64,000 nucleotides of DNA. Source: an uncultured Acidobacteriaceae bacterium (GTDB lineage: Bacteria > Acidobacteriota > Terriglobia > Terriglobales > Acidobacteriaceae). Position numbers and translations under genes: made by a program. Shown piece after piece: positions 54,717-64,000 of this stretch. Numbering within the stretch: the first letter of the stretch is position 1; each line of letters opens with the position of its first letter. The stretch is taken from positions 2,170,879 through 2,234,878 of the forward strand of contig OY969625.1 in assembly GCA_963701685.1 (NCBI GenBank), in the 5' to 3' direction. The notes under the pieces were generated by a model. That model was not told the DNA's origin. It searched no databases and saw only the letters and a program-made list of their open reading frames with translations.

Positions 54717-56288
54717 TCAGCCGAGTGTGGGCATGGTGGTGTCTACGCCGGAGCGGATGCCTGTGGGCCAGCGGGCGGTTACGGTTTTGAGGCGGGTGTA
54801 GAAGCGGACGCCTTCGGGGCCGTAGATGGCGTGGTCGCCGAAGAGGGAACGCTTCCATCCGCCGAAGCTGTGGAAGGCCATGGGGACGGGGATGGGGACG
54901 TTGATGCCTACCATGCCGGCTTGTACGCGGCGGGCGAAGTCGCGGGCGGTGTCTCCGTCGCGGGTGAAGATGCTGGTGCCGTTGCCGAACTCGTGGTCGT
55001 TGATGAGCTGGAGGGCGGTCTCGAAGTTGTTGGCGCGGACGATGCCGAGGACGGGGCCGAAGATTTCTTCCTTGTAGATGCGCATGGTGGGCTTTACGTG
55101 GTCGAAGAGGGAGGCGCCGAGGAAGAAGCCGTTGTCCGTTGTCCGTTCTCCGTTGTCCGTTGTTGGAGGTGTCAAGAGTTTTGGACTACGACCGTCTACT
55201 ACCAGGGCTGCGCCTTCTTGCTGGCCGAGGGCGATGTAGCTGGTGACTTTTTCGAGGTGGGCGCGGGTGATTAGGGGGCCTAGATCGGATTCGCCGTTGG
55301 GTGCGTCGGCTGCGCCGTCGCCTACGCGGAGGTCGGCGATGCGGGATTCTAGTTTCGTGATGAGGGCTTCGGCAGTGGAGTTGCCAACGGTGACGGCGAT
55401 GGAGATGGCCATGCAGCGCTCGCCGGCGGAGCCGTAGGCGGCACCTACTAAGGCGTCGGCGGCTTGATCGAGGTCGGCGTCGGGCATGACGATCATGTGA
55501 TTCTTGGCGCCGCCGAGAGCCTGGACGCGCTTGCCGGTGGCGGTGCCGGTGCGGTAGACGTACTCCGCGATGGGAGTGGAGCCGACGAAGCTGACGGCCT
55601 GGATGGTGGGGTGGGCGAGGATGGCGTCGACTGCTTGCTTGTCGCCGTGGACTATGTTGAAGACGCCGTCGGGGAGGCCGGCTTCCTTGAGCATCTCGGC
55701 GAGGAGGTTGGCCGAGCTCGGGTCGCGCTCGGAGGGCTTGAGGACGAAGGTGTTGCCGCAGGCCAGGGCGAGGGGGAACATCCAGAGCGGGACCATGGCG
55801 GGGAAGTTGAAGGGCGTGATGCCGGCGACTACGCCGAGGGGTTGGCGCATGGAGTAGCTGTCGACACCTGCGCCTACTTGTTCGGTGAGCTCGCCTTTGA
55901 GGAGGTGAGGGATGCCGGTGGCGAACTCGATATTCTCGAGGCCACGGGTGGCTTCGCCGCGGGCGTCGGAGAAGACTTTGCCGTGCTCGCGATTGATGAG
56001 GGCGGCGACTTCGTCGAGGCGGCGCTCGTAGATTTCGCGGAAGCGGAAGAGGACGCGGGCGCGGCGGAGAGGCGGCTGGGCGGACCAGTCCGGGAAGGCG
56101 GCCGCGGCGGCGGCTACGGCGGCGTCGACTTCAGCGGCGGTGGCTAGCGGGACGCGGGACTGGATGGTGCCGGTGGCGGGGTGGTAGACGTCGGCGAAAC
56201 GGTTTGAGGTGCTGGGGGTGGGGACGCCGTTGATCCAGTGATTGAGGGTGGTGATGGCGGGGGTGGTGGGTGTTGCGGTGGCGGACAT
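54717..56288 (-). CDS. mmsA: CoA-acylating methylmalonate-semialdehyde dehydrogenase (with repeat insertion)
   Basis: [31 protein letters not shown], catalytic [17 protein letters not shown] at 56288 has AAGGAG 6 nt upstream; the track start at 56318 is also possible. Confidence 0.9.
   Translation of the reverse strand: MSATATPTTPAITTLNHWINGVPTPSTSNRFADVYHPATGTIQSRVPLATAAEVDAAVAAAAAAFPDWSAQPPLRRARVLFRFREIYERRLDEVAALINREHGKVFSDARGEATRGLENIEFATGIPHLLKGELTEQVGAGVDSYSMRQPLGVVAGITPFNFPAMVPLWMFPLALACGNTFVLKPSERDPSSANLLAEMLKEAGLPDGVFNIVHGDKQAVDAILAHPTIQAVSFVGSTPIAEYVYRTGTATGKRVQALGGAKNHMIVMPDADLDQAADALVGAAYGSAGERCMAISIAVTVGNSTAEALITKLESRIADLRVGDGAADAPNGESDLGPLITRAHLEKVTSYIALGQQEGAALVVDGRSPKLLTPPTTDNGERTTDNGFFLGASLFDHVKPTMRIYKEEIFGPVLGIVRANNFETALQLINDHEFGNGTSIFTRDGDTARDFARRVQAGMVGINVPIPVPMAFHSFGGWKRSLFGDHAIYGPEGVRFYTRLKTVTARWPTGIRSGVDTTMPTLG
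55132..55166 (+). repeat. family B heptamer array inside mmsA
   Basis: gttgtcc gttgtcc gttctcc gttgtcc gttgttg; encodes [13 protein letters not shown] on the minus strand. Confidence 0.9.
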
Positions 56289-56410
56289 GGCGGGCTCCTT
56301 TGAGGAGGAAAGGATCATGTTAACAAATTGGGGGGAAGGCGTTTGATTGGGTGGTCGAAGATTCTGTTGTTCGTGTAGAAGTGGGCGCAGGCTATTCGAC
56401 GTATTAATAG

Positions 56411-56453
56411 AGGAACTAAATATTGGGTTCCTACAGGAACTAAATATTCGGTT
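56411..56453 (+). promoter_or_regulatory. two 19-nt direct repeats upstream of the YciI/ECF-sigma operon (candidate operator or ECF promoter element)
   Basis: AGGAACTAAATATTGGGTT (56411-56429) and AGGAACTAAATATTCGGTT (56435-56453), 24-nt period; the second repeat ends 20 nt before the ATG at 56474. Confidence 0.35.
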
Positions 56454-56473
56454 GATGGGCGAAGGAGAAGTTT

Positions 56474-56896
56474 ATGCGCTTCATGATGGTGGTGATTCCT
56501 AAAGGGTATGGAACGGCGGCTGGGAACGCGGTGCCTGACGCGGAGGCGGTGGGGAAGATGATGGAGTACAACAAGAGCCTGCAGAAGGCGGGTGTGCTGC
56601 TTGCGCTGGATGGGCTGCTGCTGCCTTCGACGGGGGCGCGTGTTTCGTACAACGATGGCAAGGCGACGGTTACCGATGGTCCGTTCGTTGAAGCCAAAGA
56701 GGCGATTGGAGGTTATTGGATTCTGCAGGTGCGTTCGCGGGAAGAGGCGATTGAATGGGCCAGGCGGGCTCCGATGTCGAACGGCGACATGATTGAGGTG
56801 CGGCAGATTTTTGAGATGGGCGATTTTCCCGCGGAGGCGCAGAAGGCGGCGGAAGGGTTCGAATTGGCTGGGAGGGCTGCTGCTGAAAAGGGATGA
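56474..56896 (+). CDS. YciI family protein
   Basis: DGPFVEAKEAIGGYWILQVRSREEAIEWARRAP is the YciI/DGPF signature. Confidence 0.85.
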   Translation: MRFMMVVIPKGYGTAAGNAVPDAEAVGKMMEYNKSLQKAGVLLALDGLLLPSTGARVSYNDGKATVTDGPFVEAKEAIGGYWILQVRSREEAIEWARRAPMSNGDMIEVRQIFEMGDFPAEAQKAAEGFELAGRAAAEKG

Positions 56897-58179
56897 GCGA
56901 GATTCACAACGCGGACATTCACAAGACGATTGAGGCGGTGTGGAAGATTGAGTCTACGCGGCTGATCGCGGGGATTGCGCGCGTTACGCGCGATGTCGGG
57001 ATTGCGGAGGAGCTGGCGCAGGATGCGCTGATTGCGGCGATGGAGCGGTGGCCGGAAGAAGGGATTCCGGAGAAGCCTGCGGCGTGGCTGATGACCGCGG
57101 CGAAGCGGCGTGCGATCGATTCGTTGCGGCGGGGCCGGATGCTGGAGCTGAAGCATGGAGAGATTGCGCGGGAGCTGGAGTTTCAACAGCAGCGGCTTGG
57201 GGAAGCTATGGATCAGGCGCTGGACCAGGTGATTGACGATGATGTGCTGCGGCTGATCTTTACGGCGTGCCATCCGGTGCTGGCGATGGAAGGGCGCGTT
57301 GCGCTTACGCTGCGAGTGGCTTGCGGGCTTACGACTACGGAGATTGCGCGGGCGTTCCTGGTGCCGGAGAAGACGCTGGGGCAGAGAATCTTTCGAGCGA
57401 AGAAGACGCTGGCTGAGGCGCACGTGCCGTTCGAGACTCCGCGGGGAGAGGAGTTGCGGAGGCGGGTGGAGTCGGTGCTGGCGGTGGTGTATTTAATTTT
57501 CAACGAGGGATATACGGCTAGCTCTGGCGAGGAGTGGATGCGGGCTGCGTTGTGTGAGGATGCGCTGCGGCTTGGACGGATACTGGTGGGGCTGCTTGCT
57601 GAAGAGGCTGAGGTGTATGGACTGTTGGCGCTGATGGAGCTGCAGGCGTCGCGTATGCTGGCTCGGCGCGGACCGGCGGGGGAGGCGGTGCTGCTGGGGG
57701 AACAGGACCGGACGTTGTGGGACCACGCGCAGATTGAGCGGGGAATGGATGCGCTGCGTGCGGCGCAGGAGCTTGGCGGCGGGGCGGGGAATTATGCGCT
57801 GCAGGCGGCGATCGTGGCGTGTCATGCGCGGGCGAGAACGGCGGCGGAGACGGACTGGGAGCGGATTGTGGTGCTGTACGACGCGCTGTTGCAGGTGAGC
57901 CCGTCGCCGATTGTGGGGCTGAATCGAGCGGTGGCTGTGGGGATGGCGTTCGGGCCGGCGACGGGATTGAATGCGCTCGATGCCGTGGCGGCTGAGCCTG
58001 CGCTGGCGAACTATCATCTGCTGCCTAGCGTGAGGGGAGACCTGCTGGTGAAGCTGGGACGATATGCTGAGGCTCGGGAAGAGCTGCAGCGCGCGCTTGC
58101 GATGACGGACAATGTTCGGGAGAAAGATTTGCTGACGGCAAGGCTACAGCGGGCGTCGGTTAGCGATCGAGCGAATTGA
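56893..58179 (+). CDS. ECF-type RNA polymerase sigma factor with long C-terminal extension (COG4941-like)
   Basis: Region 2 ELAQDALIAAMERWP...AWLMTAAKRRAIDSLRR, region 4 LTTTEIARAFLVPEKTLGQRIFRAKKTL, then about 230 aa of helical repeats. The ATG overlaps the YciI stop (ATGA). Confidence 0.85.
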   Translation: MSEIHNADIHKTIEAVWKIESTRLIAGIARVTRDVGIAEELAQDALIAAMERWPEEGIPEKPAAWLMTAAKRRAIDSLRRGRMLELKHGEIARELEFQQQRLGEAMDQALDQVIDDDVLRLIFTACHPVLAMEGRVALTLRVACGLTTTEIARAFLVPEKTLGQRIFRAKKTLAEAHVPFETPRGEELRRRVESVLAVVYLIFNEGYTASSGEEWMRAALCEDALRLGRILVGLLAEEAEVYGLLALMELQASRMLARRGPAGEAVLLGEQDRTLWDHAQIERGMDALRAAQELGGGAGNYALQAAIVACHARARTAAETDWERIVVLYDALLQVSPSPIVGLNRAVAVGMAFGPATGLNALDAVAAEPALANYHLLPSVRGDLLVKLGRYAEAREELQRALAMTDNVREKDLLTARLQRASVSDRAN

Positions 58180-58327
58180 GTTCGTGGGAAACTTGATTGC
58201 TTAAATAATGAGCGGGCGGGAGAAAAAAGGGTTGAGCCTTTGTAGAATTCGGGTCAAGCCGTTCGTCGACATTGTGAAGGCAGGACAAACGTCCTAATCG
58301 AAACCGCAGCACCCCAAAGGAGGCATC

Positions 58328-58720
58328 ATGCCACAGTATTTGCTTGCGAATTACCTTCCCGATGATTTCGATCCGTCGACTATGACGCCGGCGACGATAC
58401 AAGCTATCAGTGATCTCAACGACGAATTAGAAGCGGCCGGTGCGAGGCTGATGGCTTGCGGGCTGAGTCCGGCTAGCCAGGCGAAGTCGGTGCGTGGGCA
58501 GGCGAGTGGTGAGGCGCTGATCACGGATGGGCCGTATCTGGAGGCTAAGGAACATATTGGTGGTTTCTGGATACTTGAAGCCGCTGATATGGACGAGGCG
58601 CTTGAGTGGGCGCGCAAGGCTTCGTTCGAACCCGGGTCGCGGGGCGAGGTGCGGGAGATTCCTTACAGCAGTTTGGCGGGCGGGACGCCGCATCCATCGC
58701 GGGTGAAGGCAAAGGCGTAA
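58328..58720 (+). CDS. YciI family protein
   Basis: DGPYLEAKEHIGGFWILEAADMDEALEWARKA; AAAGGAGG lies upstream of the ATG. Confidence 0.85.
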   Translation: MPQYLLANYLPDDFDPSTMTPATIQAISDLNDELEAAGARLMACGLSPASQAKSVRGQASGEALITDGPYLEAKEHIGGFWILEAADMDEALEWARKASFEPGSRGEVREIPYSSLAGGTPHPSRVKAKA

Positions 58721-58832
58721 CATCATCGCCGGCGAAACCGGCTTATGTTCAGGCGGCGACAAAAACTATCTTAGGGCGCTGGTGCAATCAATCGGCGGTC
58801 ATGGGCAGCCCATTCTCAAGAAGGAGAAAACG

Positions 58833-59576
58833 ATGCGGAATACGACGGTTCACGGAATCGGAATTATGAGTTGCGCTGCACTGATTGCGTTTGGTGCGGC
58901 GTGTCAGATGGCGGCACAGGGTGGTGCGGCGACGTCGCCCGCGACAATATATTCGAAGATGGCGCCAGTTGAGGAGTATCTGATGGCGGATCGAGATGCG
59001 GAGATTGCGCTGGCGCGGACTGCGGCGCCGGCGTCGATTTCAGGGGATGCCGGCGTGATGGTGCTGGGACGGCATGGGTTCGAGATGGCGGCGAAGGGTA
59101 CGAACGGATTTGTGTGCATCGTGGGGCGCGGGTGGACGGCTGCTGCTGATCCTGATTTCTGGAATCCGAAGGTGCGGGTGCCTATGTGTGTGAATGCGGC
59201 AGCGGCGAGTTCGTATCTTGTGCGGGTGCGCAAAGAAACTGAATGGGGTCTGGAGGGGCGGACGGCGGCACAGATTAATTCGGCCGTGGCGGCGGGTATT
59301 GCGAGCAAGGAGTTGCCGGCGATGGAGCCTGGGGCGATGTGCTACATGATGGGCAAGGAAGGATTCGGTGGCGACGTTGCGCCGCATTGGCCTGCGCACC
59401 TGATGTTTTTCTACACGGATACAAACCCTGCGATCTGGGGAGCGAATCTGCCGGGGTCTCCTGTGATTGCAGTGAGCGATCCGGTGGAGCATCTTACGCA
59501 GTTCGTGATTCCGGTGCAGCGGTGGGCGGACGGAACGGACGTTCACGAAGGCGCTGGCGCGGAGCATCATCACTAG
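58833..59576 (+). CDS. hypothetical secreted protein
   Basis: Start at MRNTTVHGIGIMSCAALIAFGAACQMAAQ (ATG at 58833) with AAGGAG 6 nt upstream; no family recognised. Confidence 0.5.
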   Translation: MRNTTVHGIGIMSCAALIAFGAACQMAAQGGAATSPATIYSKMAPVEEYLMADRDAEIALARTAAPASISGDAGVMVLGRHGFEMAAKGTNGFVCIVGRGWTAAADPDFWNPKVRVPMCVNAAAASSYLVRVRKETEWGLEGRTAAQINSAVAAGIASKELPAMEPGAMCYMMGKEGFGGDVAPHWPAHLMFFYTDTNPAIWGANLPGSPVIAVSDPVEHLTQFVIPVQRWADGTDVHEGAGAEHHH

Positions 59577-59590
59577 CGTGTGCTCGAAGA

Positions 59591-62569
59591 CTAGAGGGCG
59601 GCGAATTGTTTGGGGTGGAGCTGCTGGTGGGTGGTGAGGAGGGTCTTCCAGGGGTCGGGGCGGAGCTTGGCGTGGTTGGCGACTACGTCGAAGACGGAGA
59701 GGACCGGGTGCTCGTCTCGGGTGAGGGCTGTCCAGGGGAGAGGGAGGGAGATGGTGGCCCCGGCGCGGGCGCGGGGGGAGTAGGGGGCGACGGCGGTGGC
59801 GCCGCGCTGGTTGCGGAGGTAGTCGAGGAAGATGCGGCCGGCGCGGGAGGATTTGGTCATCTTGGTGAGGTAGAGGTCGGGGTTGTCGCGCTCCATGGAG
59901 AGGACGAAGTTGTGCGCGGCGGTCTTTAGTTCGGCCCAGGTGAGGGTGGGCTGGATGGGCGCGACGACATGCAGGCCCTTGCCGCCGGTGAGCTTGAGGA
60001 AGCTTTCGAGGCCGGCGTTCTTGAGGCGCTGGCGGACTTCGGCGGCGGCTGCGGCTACGGTGAGCCAGGGGAGTTCGGCGTCGGGATCGAGGTCGAAGAT
60101 GAGGCGGTCGGGGTGCTCGAGGTCGTCGTTGGTGGAGCCCCAGGGGTGGATTTCGAGGACGTTCATCTGGGCGAGGGAGACGATGGCCTCGGCGGAGTCG
60201 AGCGTGATGTAGGGCTCGGGTGCGGCGGAGGTTTTGTCCTGGATATCGATGGTCTTGATGCCGGGCGGGAGGTAGTTGTTGACATGCTTCTGGAAGAAGC
60301 AGGGTTTGCCGGCGCCTTGCGGGCAGCGAACGAGGGAGAGGGGGCGGTTGGCGATGTAGGGAAGCATGCGGTCGGCGACGAGCGCGTAGTAGTCGGCGAG
60401 CTGGCGCTTGGTGAGGCCGGAGGCGGGGTCGAGGATTTTGTCGGGGTGGGTCAGGCGAAGATCGGGCTGTTCTGCACGGACGGGGGGGATGGACTTGGCG
60501 CGTGTGGATTTTTGAGGGACGGATTTTGCGGAGGCGGAGTTGCGGGGCGAGGATTTCGCGGGGGCCGATTTGGCGGGCATGGGGGTCTTCGATCTGGGAG
60601 ACTTGGGTTTGGTGGCGGGCAGGGCGAAGTGCTGGAGGCTCGCGGTGCTGTGGGAGGCTTGGGCGCGGGGTTTGGTGTGGGTGGCCGCACTGGCGCGCTT
60701 GGGTTGAGGCGCGACGGAAGGAGATTCGCGCGTGACTTCGGTGGCGGACTTGTCTTCGCGGAGGCCGAGGAAGGCGGCTTGGCGGACGAGGTTGTCGGAG
60801 GTCCAGGTGGCGAAGCGAACCTGGGCGACGAGGGTGGGGCGAACCCAATAGACACCGCGGGTGGCGTCGTGGGGGATGCGCGGGAAGGGGGATTCGGGGA
60901 CGCGGAGTTTAACGAGCTGGGTGAGGAGATCGCGGCGCGCCTGCTGGGTAAAGCCGGTGCCGGTTCGGCCGGCGTAGATGAGATGGCGAGGAGTTTTGGG
61001 GCCTCGCTTTACGGGAGGGTAGTAGCCGAGGAGGAGAGCGCCTACTCGATCGGGGCCTTCGGTGGAGAGAGTGAACCCGGCGATGACGAGCTCCTGCTCG
61101 TGGAGGCATTTGGACTTGAGCCAGTCGGAGGAGCGGGTGCTGCGATAGGGCGCGTCGGCGCGCTTGGAGATGATGCCTTCGGCGTGCAGGGCGCAGGCTT
61201 TGCGGAAGACGGTCTCGCCGTTGCCGGGAATGTCTTCGGAGAGGCGAATGGTTTCGTCGGCGTGGTCGGAGGGAAGGATGGTGGCGAGGAGGTCTTTGCG
61301 CTCGCGGAGGGAGAGGTCGCGGGGATCGTGGCCGTCGATGTGGAGGAGGTCGAAGACGAAGTAGGTGAGGGGATGGGTTTCGGCGTTCTGGAAGGAAGCC
61401 TGGAGGAGGGCGAAGCTGGAGTTGCCGTCGGAGGCGAGGACGACGACTTCGCCGTCGAGTGTGCAGTCGTGGACGGGGAGGGCGGCGACGGCCTTGGCGA
61501 CGGCGGGCATGCGGTGGGTCCAGTCAATGCCTTTGCGGGTGAGGAGCTGGACGTTCGGTGTGGACTTGCCGCGAGGGGTGGATTTGCGGGCCTGGATGCG
61601 GTAGCCGTCGAGCTTGAGCTCGTGGATCCAGTCGTCAGTGTTGGGGGTGGAGGTGGATTCGAGGGCTAGCTGCGGGGGGATGAAGTCGGGCTGACGCTCG
61701 TGGGGGAGCTCGTCGAGGTTGATGGTGGGGGCGGGAGGTGGCTTGGGTGGGGACTTCTTTGCGGGTGCGGATTTTTTGGTGGCGGCTTTGGTCGCGGTGC
61801 CCTGGGAGGATTCGAGGGGGTCGGCGCGGTTGGAGTTCCAGACGTGGTCGGACGCGTGGGCTATCTGGTCGATGGAACGTCCGGTGACAGAGGAGTTGGG
61901 GCGTTCGTCGGTGATGGCGGGATCGCCGGGGCCGCGCTCGTACTTGTCGTGCTCCTTGATGAGGAGCCACTGCGGCTTGTCTTTGGGGCCGTGGGCGGCG
62001 TGGTTCATGCGGATGAGCGCCCACTTGCCTTTCATCTTGGAGCCGTTCATTTCGAACTTGAGGTGACCGGCGCGGAGGCAGGCGTCGACGTTTTCGCTGC
62101 CGAGCTGCGGCCACCAGCTGCCTTGATCCCAGATCATGACGGTGCCGCCGCCGTACTGGCCCTCGGGGATGATGCCTTCGAAGCCACCGTACTCGAGAGG
62201 GTGGTCTTCGACTTCGATGGCGAGGCGGCGCTCCTGCGGGTTGTAGCTGGGACCTTTGGCGATGGCCCAGGATTTCAGGACGCCGCCCCAGCTGAGGCGG
62301 AAGTCGTAGTGGAGGTGAGAGGCTGCGTGCTTCTGAATGACGAAGGGAAGGCCGCGCGAGGTGGTGGGCTTGCGCATGGCGAAGGTGTTGGTGTTGGGGC
62401 CGGAGCCGGAGGGCTCGGCGGTGGTGCTGAAGTCGCGCATGGAACGATAGCGTTCGAGCTGCGCGTCGACGGCAGAGGAGGCGGCGGTGGTGTGCGGGTC
62501 TCGCTTGCGGACGGTGCTCTTGATAGCGGACTTCGTGGTGGAGTGGGTGGCGGATTTTTTGGTGGCCAT
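59591..62569 (-). CDS. ligD: ATP-dependent DNA ligase LigD (phosphoesterase - ligase - polymerase/primase domains)
   Basis: PE domain FVIQKHAASHLHYDFRL; ligase adenylation motif ELKLDGYR; Pol domain LTHPDKILDPASGLTKRQLADYY...CFFQKH. Confidence 0.95.
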   Translation of the reverse strand: MATKKSATHSTTKSAIKSTVRKRDPHTTAASSAVDAQLERYRSMRDFSTTAEPSGSGPNTNTFAMRKPTTSRGLPFVIQKHAASHLHYDFRLSWGGVLKSWAIAKGPSYNPQERRLAIEVEDHPLEYGGFEGIIPEGQYGGGTVMIWDQGSWWPQLGSENVDACLRAGHLKFEMNGSKMKGKWALIRMNHAAHGPKDKPQWLLIKEHDKYERGPGDPAITDERPNSSVTGRSIDQIAHASDHVWNSNRADPLESSQGTATKAATKKSAPAKKSPPKPPPAPTINLDELPHERQPDFIPPQLALESTSTPNTDDWIHELKLDGYRIQARKSTPRGKSTPNVQLLTRKGIDWTHRMPAVAKAVAALPVHDCTLDGEVVVLASDGNSSFALLQASFQNAETHPLTYFVFDLLHIDGHDPRDLSLRERKDLLATILPSDHADETIRLSEDIPGNGETVFRKACALHAEGIISKRADAPYRSTRSSDWLKSKCLHEQELVIAGFTLSTEGPDRVGALLLGYYPPVKRGPKTPRHLIYAGRTGTGFTQQARRDLLTQLVKLRVPESPFPRIPHDATRGVYWVRPTLVAQVRFATWTSDNLVRQAAFLGLREDKSATEVTRESPSVAPQPKRASAATHTKPRAQASHSTASLQHFALPATKPKSPRSKTPMPAKSAPAKSSPRNSASAKSVPQKSTRAKSIPPVRAEQPDLRLTHPDKILDPASGLTKRQLADYYALVADRMLPYIANRPLSLVRCPQGAGKPCFFQKHVNNYLPPGIKTIDIQDKTSAAPEPYITLDSAEAIVSLAQMNVLEIHPWGSTNDDLEHPDRLIFDLDPDAELPWLTVAAAAAEVRQRLKNAGLESFLKLTGGKGLHVVAPIQPTLTWAELKTAAHNFVLSMERDNPDLYLTKMTKSSRAGRIFLDYLRNQRGATAVAPYSPRARAGATISLPLPWTALTRDEHPVLSVFDVVANHAKLRPDPWKTLLTTHQQLHPKQFAAL

Positions 62570-62578
62570 GAGGGAGTC

Positions 62579-63601
62579 CTATGCGGTCTTTCGCTTTGGA
62601 GATGTCCGGGTTGGCTTAGCTTCGCGGTGCGCGGTTGATTTGGAAGCGGACTTGATGAGGGTAGGGCCTTTGCGGGAAGCGGGTTTCGGAGGTGGTGTTG
62701 CGCTCCTGGTCGCTGTGCCTTTTGTATCATTGACGGACTTGCGGAGCGCGTCCATGAGGTGGATGACCTTGCCGTGGGTGCGGGGCGCGGGCTCTTCGCG
62801 GGGGATGGGGGCGTGCTTGAGCTTGGCGTCGACGAGCTCTTTGACGGCAGCTTCGTAGCCGTCGGTGAACTGGGTCGGGTCGAAGGCTGCGGTCTTGCGG
62901 TGGATGAGCTCCTTGGCGAGCGAGAGCGAGTCGGCGTTGATGGCGTGAGGCTTGATGGATTCGAAATAGGCAGCAGGGTCGCGGAGTTCCGCGGCATAGC
63001 GGAGGGTGTAGGCCATGAGGCCGAGGTGGGCGGAGCTTTCGGATTTTGTGGATTTGGATTTTGCGGACTTGGTGGGTTTGGAAGATTTTTCGGAGAGGTG
63101 TGCGGGTGCGGGGGCGATGGCGACTACGTGCTCGCGGCCTCCGAAGGCGATGCGCGAGAGGGCGATTTTGTTGGTGTCGATAAGCGCCTGACGGATGGTG
63201 AGGAAGGCTTCGGTCTGGGTGTCGTCCTCGGGGACGACGAAGTAGGGCTTCTCGAAGAAGGCGGGGTCTATGGAGTCGACGTCGACGAACTGGGCGACGT
63301 CCATGGTGCGCTTGGAGGGGACGCGGAGGTGGGCGAGCTCGTCGGGCTCGATGGTGACGTAGCGGCCGTGGGAGTACTCGTAGCCTTTGACGATGTCGGA
63401 TTTGTGGACGGGGTCGGCGGCTTCGTCGGGGTTGCGCTCGATGGCGCTGGAGGCGACGTTCTGGTGACGGACGCGCTCGCCGGTGCGGCGGTCGATCATG
63501 TGGAAGTGGATGTCGCTGGCGGCTTCGGTTGCGACGAAGAGTTTGACGCCGAAGGAGACCAGGGAAATCTGGATTTTACCGCTCCAGTAGGGACGGGCCA
63601 T
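62579..63601 (-). CDS. ku: non-homologous end joining protein Ku
   Basis: MARPYWSGKIQISLVSFGVKLFVAT N-terminus, KGYEYSHGRYV, LRYAAELRD; its stop lies 9 nt upstream of the ligD start. Confidence 0.95.
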   Translation of the reverse strand: MARPYWSGKIQISLVSFGVKLFVATEAASDIHFHMIDRRTGERVRHQNVASSAIERNPDEAADPVHKSDIVKGYEYSHGRYVTIEPDELAHLRVPSKRTMDVAQFVDVDSIDPAFFEKPYFVVPEDDTQTEAFLTIRQALIDTNKIALSRIAFGGREHVVAIAPAPAHLSEKSSKPTKSAKSKSTKSESSAHLGLMAYTLRYAAELRDPAAYFESIKPHAINADSLSLAKELIHRKTAAFDPTQFTDGYEAAVKELVDAKLKHAPIPREEPAPRTHGKVIHLMDALRKSVNDTKGTATRSATPPPKPASRKGPTLIKSASKSTAHREAKPTRTSPKRKTA

Positions 63602-63756
63602 GGGGACGCCTCACACGGGCATGGTTTGCCATTGAGATGAGAGTGTACGCGATGGGGTCGGGGATGTACGCGATGCGGTAATCGACGCGGTGGTGGTGGC
63701 TGGTTCAGGGTGTGAGGACCGCTGAACCAGCTGGGTGGAACGTCGGGGGAAGGGGC

Positions 63757-64000
63757 CTAGGCGTTGAAGCCTTCTTCTTTGAGGATGGTGTTGTAGGCGG
63801 GGAGAGTGAGGAACTCCTGGAAGGCGGGCGCATCGATGAGGTCGCGGATGAGGGTGGAGGCGAGGTTGTAGGCGGCTACGCGGGCGGGGGGTGCGTCCTT
63901 GGTGGCGCGCGAGACTTCGGCGTCGAGGATCTGGTGGCAGAGTTCGGGGGTGACGGGCTGGCCTTCGTGGTCGGGGTCCTGGAGGATGGCGTGGTGGTGG
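63757..64000 (-). CDS. aceB: malate synthase A, C-terminal end (partial, continues beyond the window)
   Basis: Minus strand reads ...FQEFLTLPAYNTILKEEGFNA* (TAG at 63757-63759). (D/E)FLTLP(G/A)Y is the conserved AceB C-terminus. Not in the ORF track because the start lies outside the window. Confidence 0.55.
   Translation of the reverse strand, partial: HHHAILQDPDHEGQPVTPELCHQILDAEVSRATKDAPPARVAAYNLASTLIRDLIDAPAFQEFLTLPAYNTILKEEGFNA

Noticed and set aside
59040-61669. 602-aa minus-strand ORF (59040..60848) and 566-aa plus-strand ORF (59969..61669)
   Set aside because: Alternative or antisense frames of ligD; Arg/Pro-rich or Gly-rich low complexity. The ligD frame carries all the catalytic motifs.

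Overview
High-GC chromosomal core segment. Gene content and the very characteristic intergenic repeats suggest an Acidobacteriota (Terriglobia-like) genome; this taxon call is inference. I can support about 58 protein genes, mostly housekeeping. They include rho, comM/yifB, sdaA, a thiolase, rsmE, hrcA-grpE-dnaJ, apbC, ribD-ribE, ftsY, gpsA-plsY, cinA, pgpA, yacG, rimO, an M13 peptidase, fabH, alaS, an AmiC-like amidase, mmsA, a YciI/ECF-sigma/YciI cluster, ku-ligD and the 3' end of malate synthase A. RNA genes are one tRNA-Thr(CGU) and an SRP (4.5S) RNA that the ORF track cannot show. I see no transposase, integrase, prophage, CRISPR array or recognisable defence operon. The unusual content is non-genic. 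Several families of short repeats occur here: two families of heptamer tandem arrays, a (CCAGCTT)5 array, a composite hairpin-containing family, a CCCAC...GATGGGG hairpin family and REP-like GGGCTAAAGCCC hairpins. They fill almost every larger intergenic gap. Within each family all copies point the same way on the + strand, whatever the direction of the neighbouring genes. Several arrays sit exactly on stop codons. Several are inserted in-frame inside otherwise conserved genes (fpg/nei, rimO, alaS, mmsA, the amidase). Other points worth a second look are listed here. (1) rho has a 1-nt frame break at codon 7-8. (2) alaS carries a 201-nt in-frame insertion flanked by a 12-nt direct repeat, inside a compositionally foreign patch. 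(3) Three tandem repeats of about 65 bp lie upstream of a J-domain gene. (4) A structured candidate ncRNA of about 330 nt ends in a terminator-like hairpin. (5) A promoter-to-terminator sRNA candidate lies upstream of tRNA-Thr. (6) A low-GC ArsR/SRPBCC/DinB islet lies next to a corA-like gene fragment. All homology calls come from reading motifs by eye; no database search was run.
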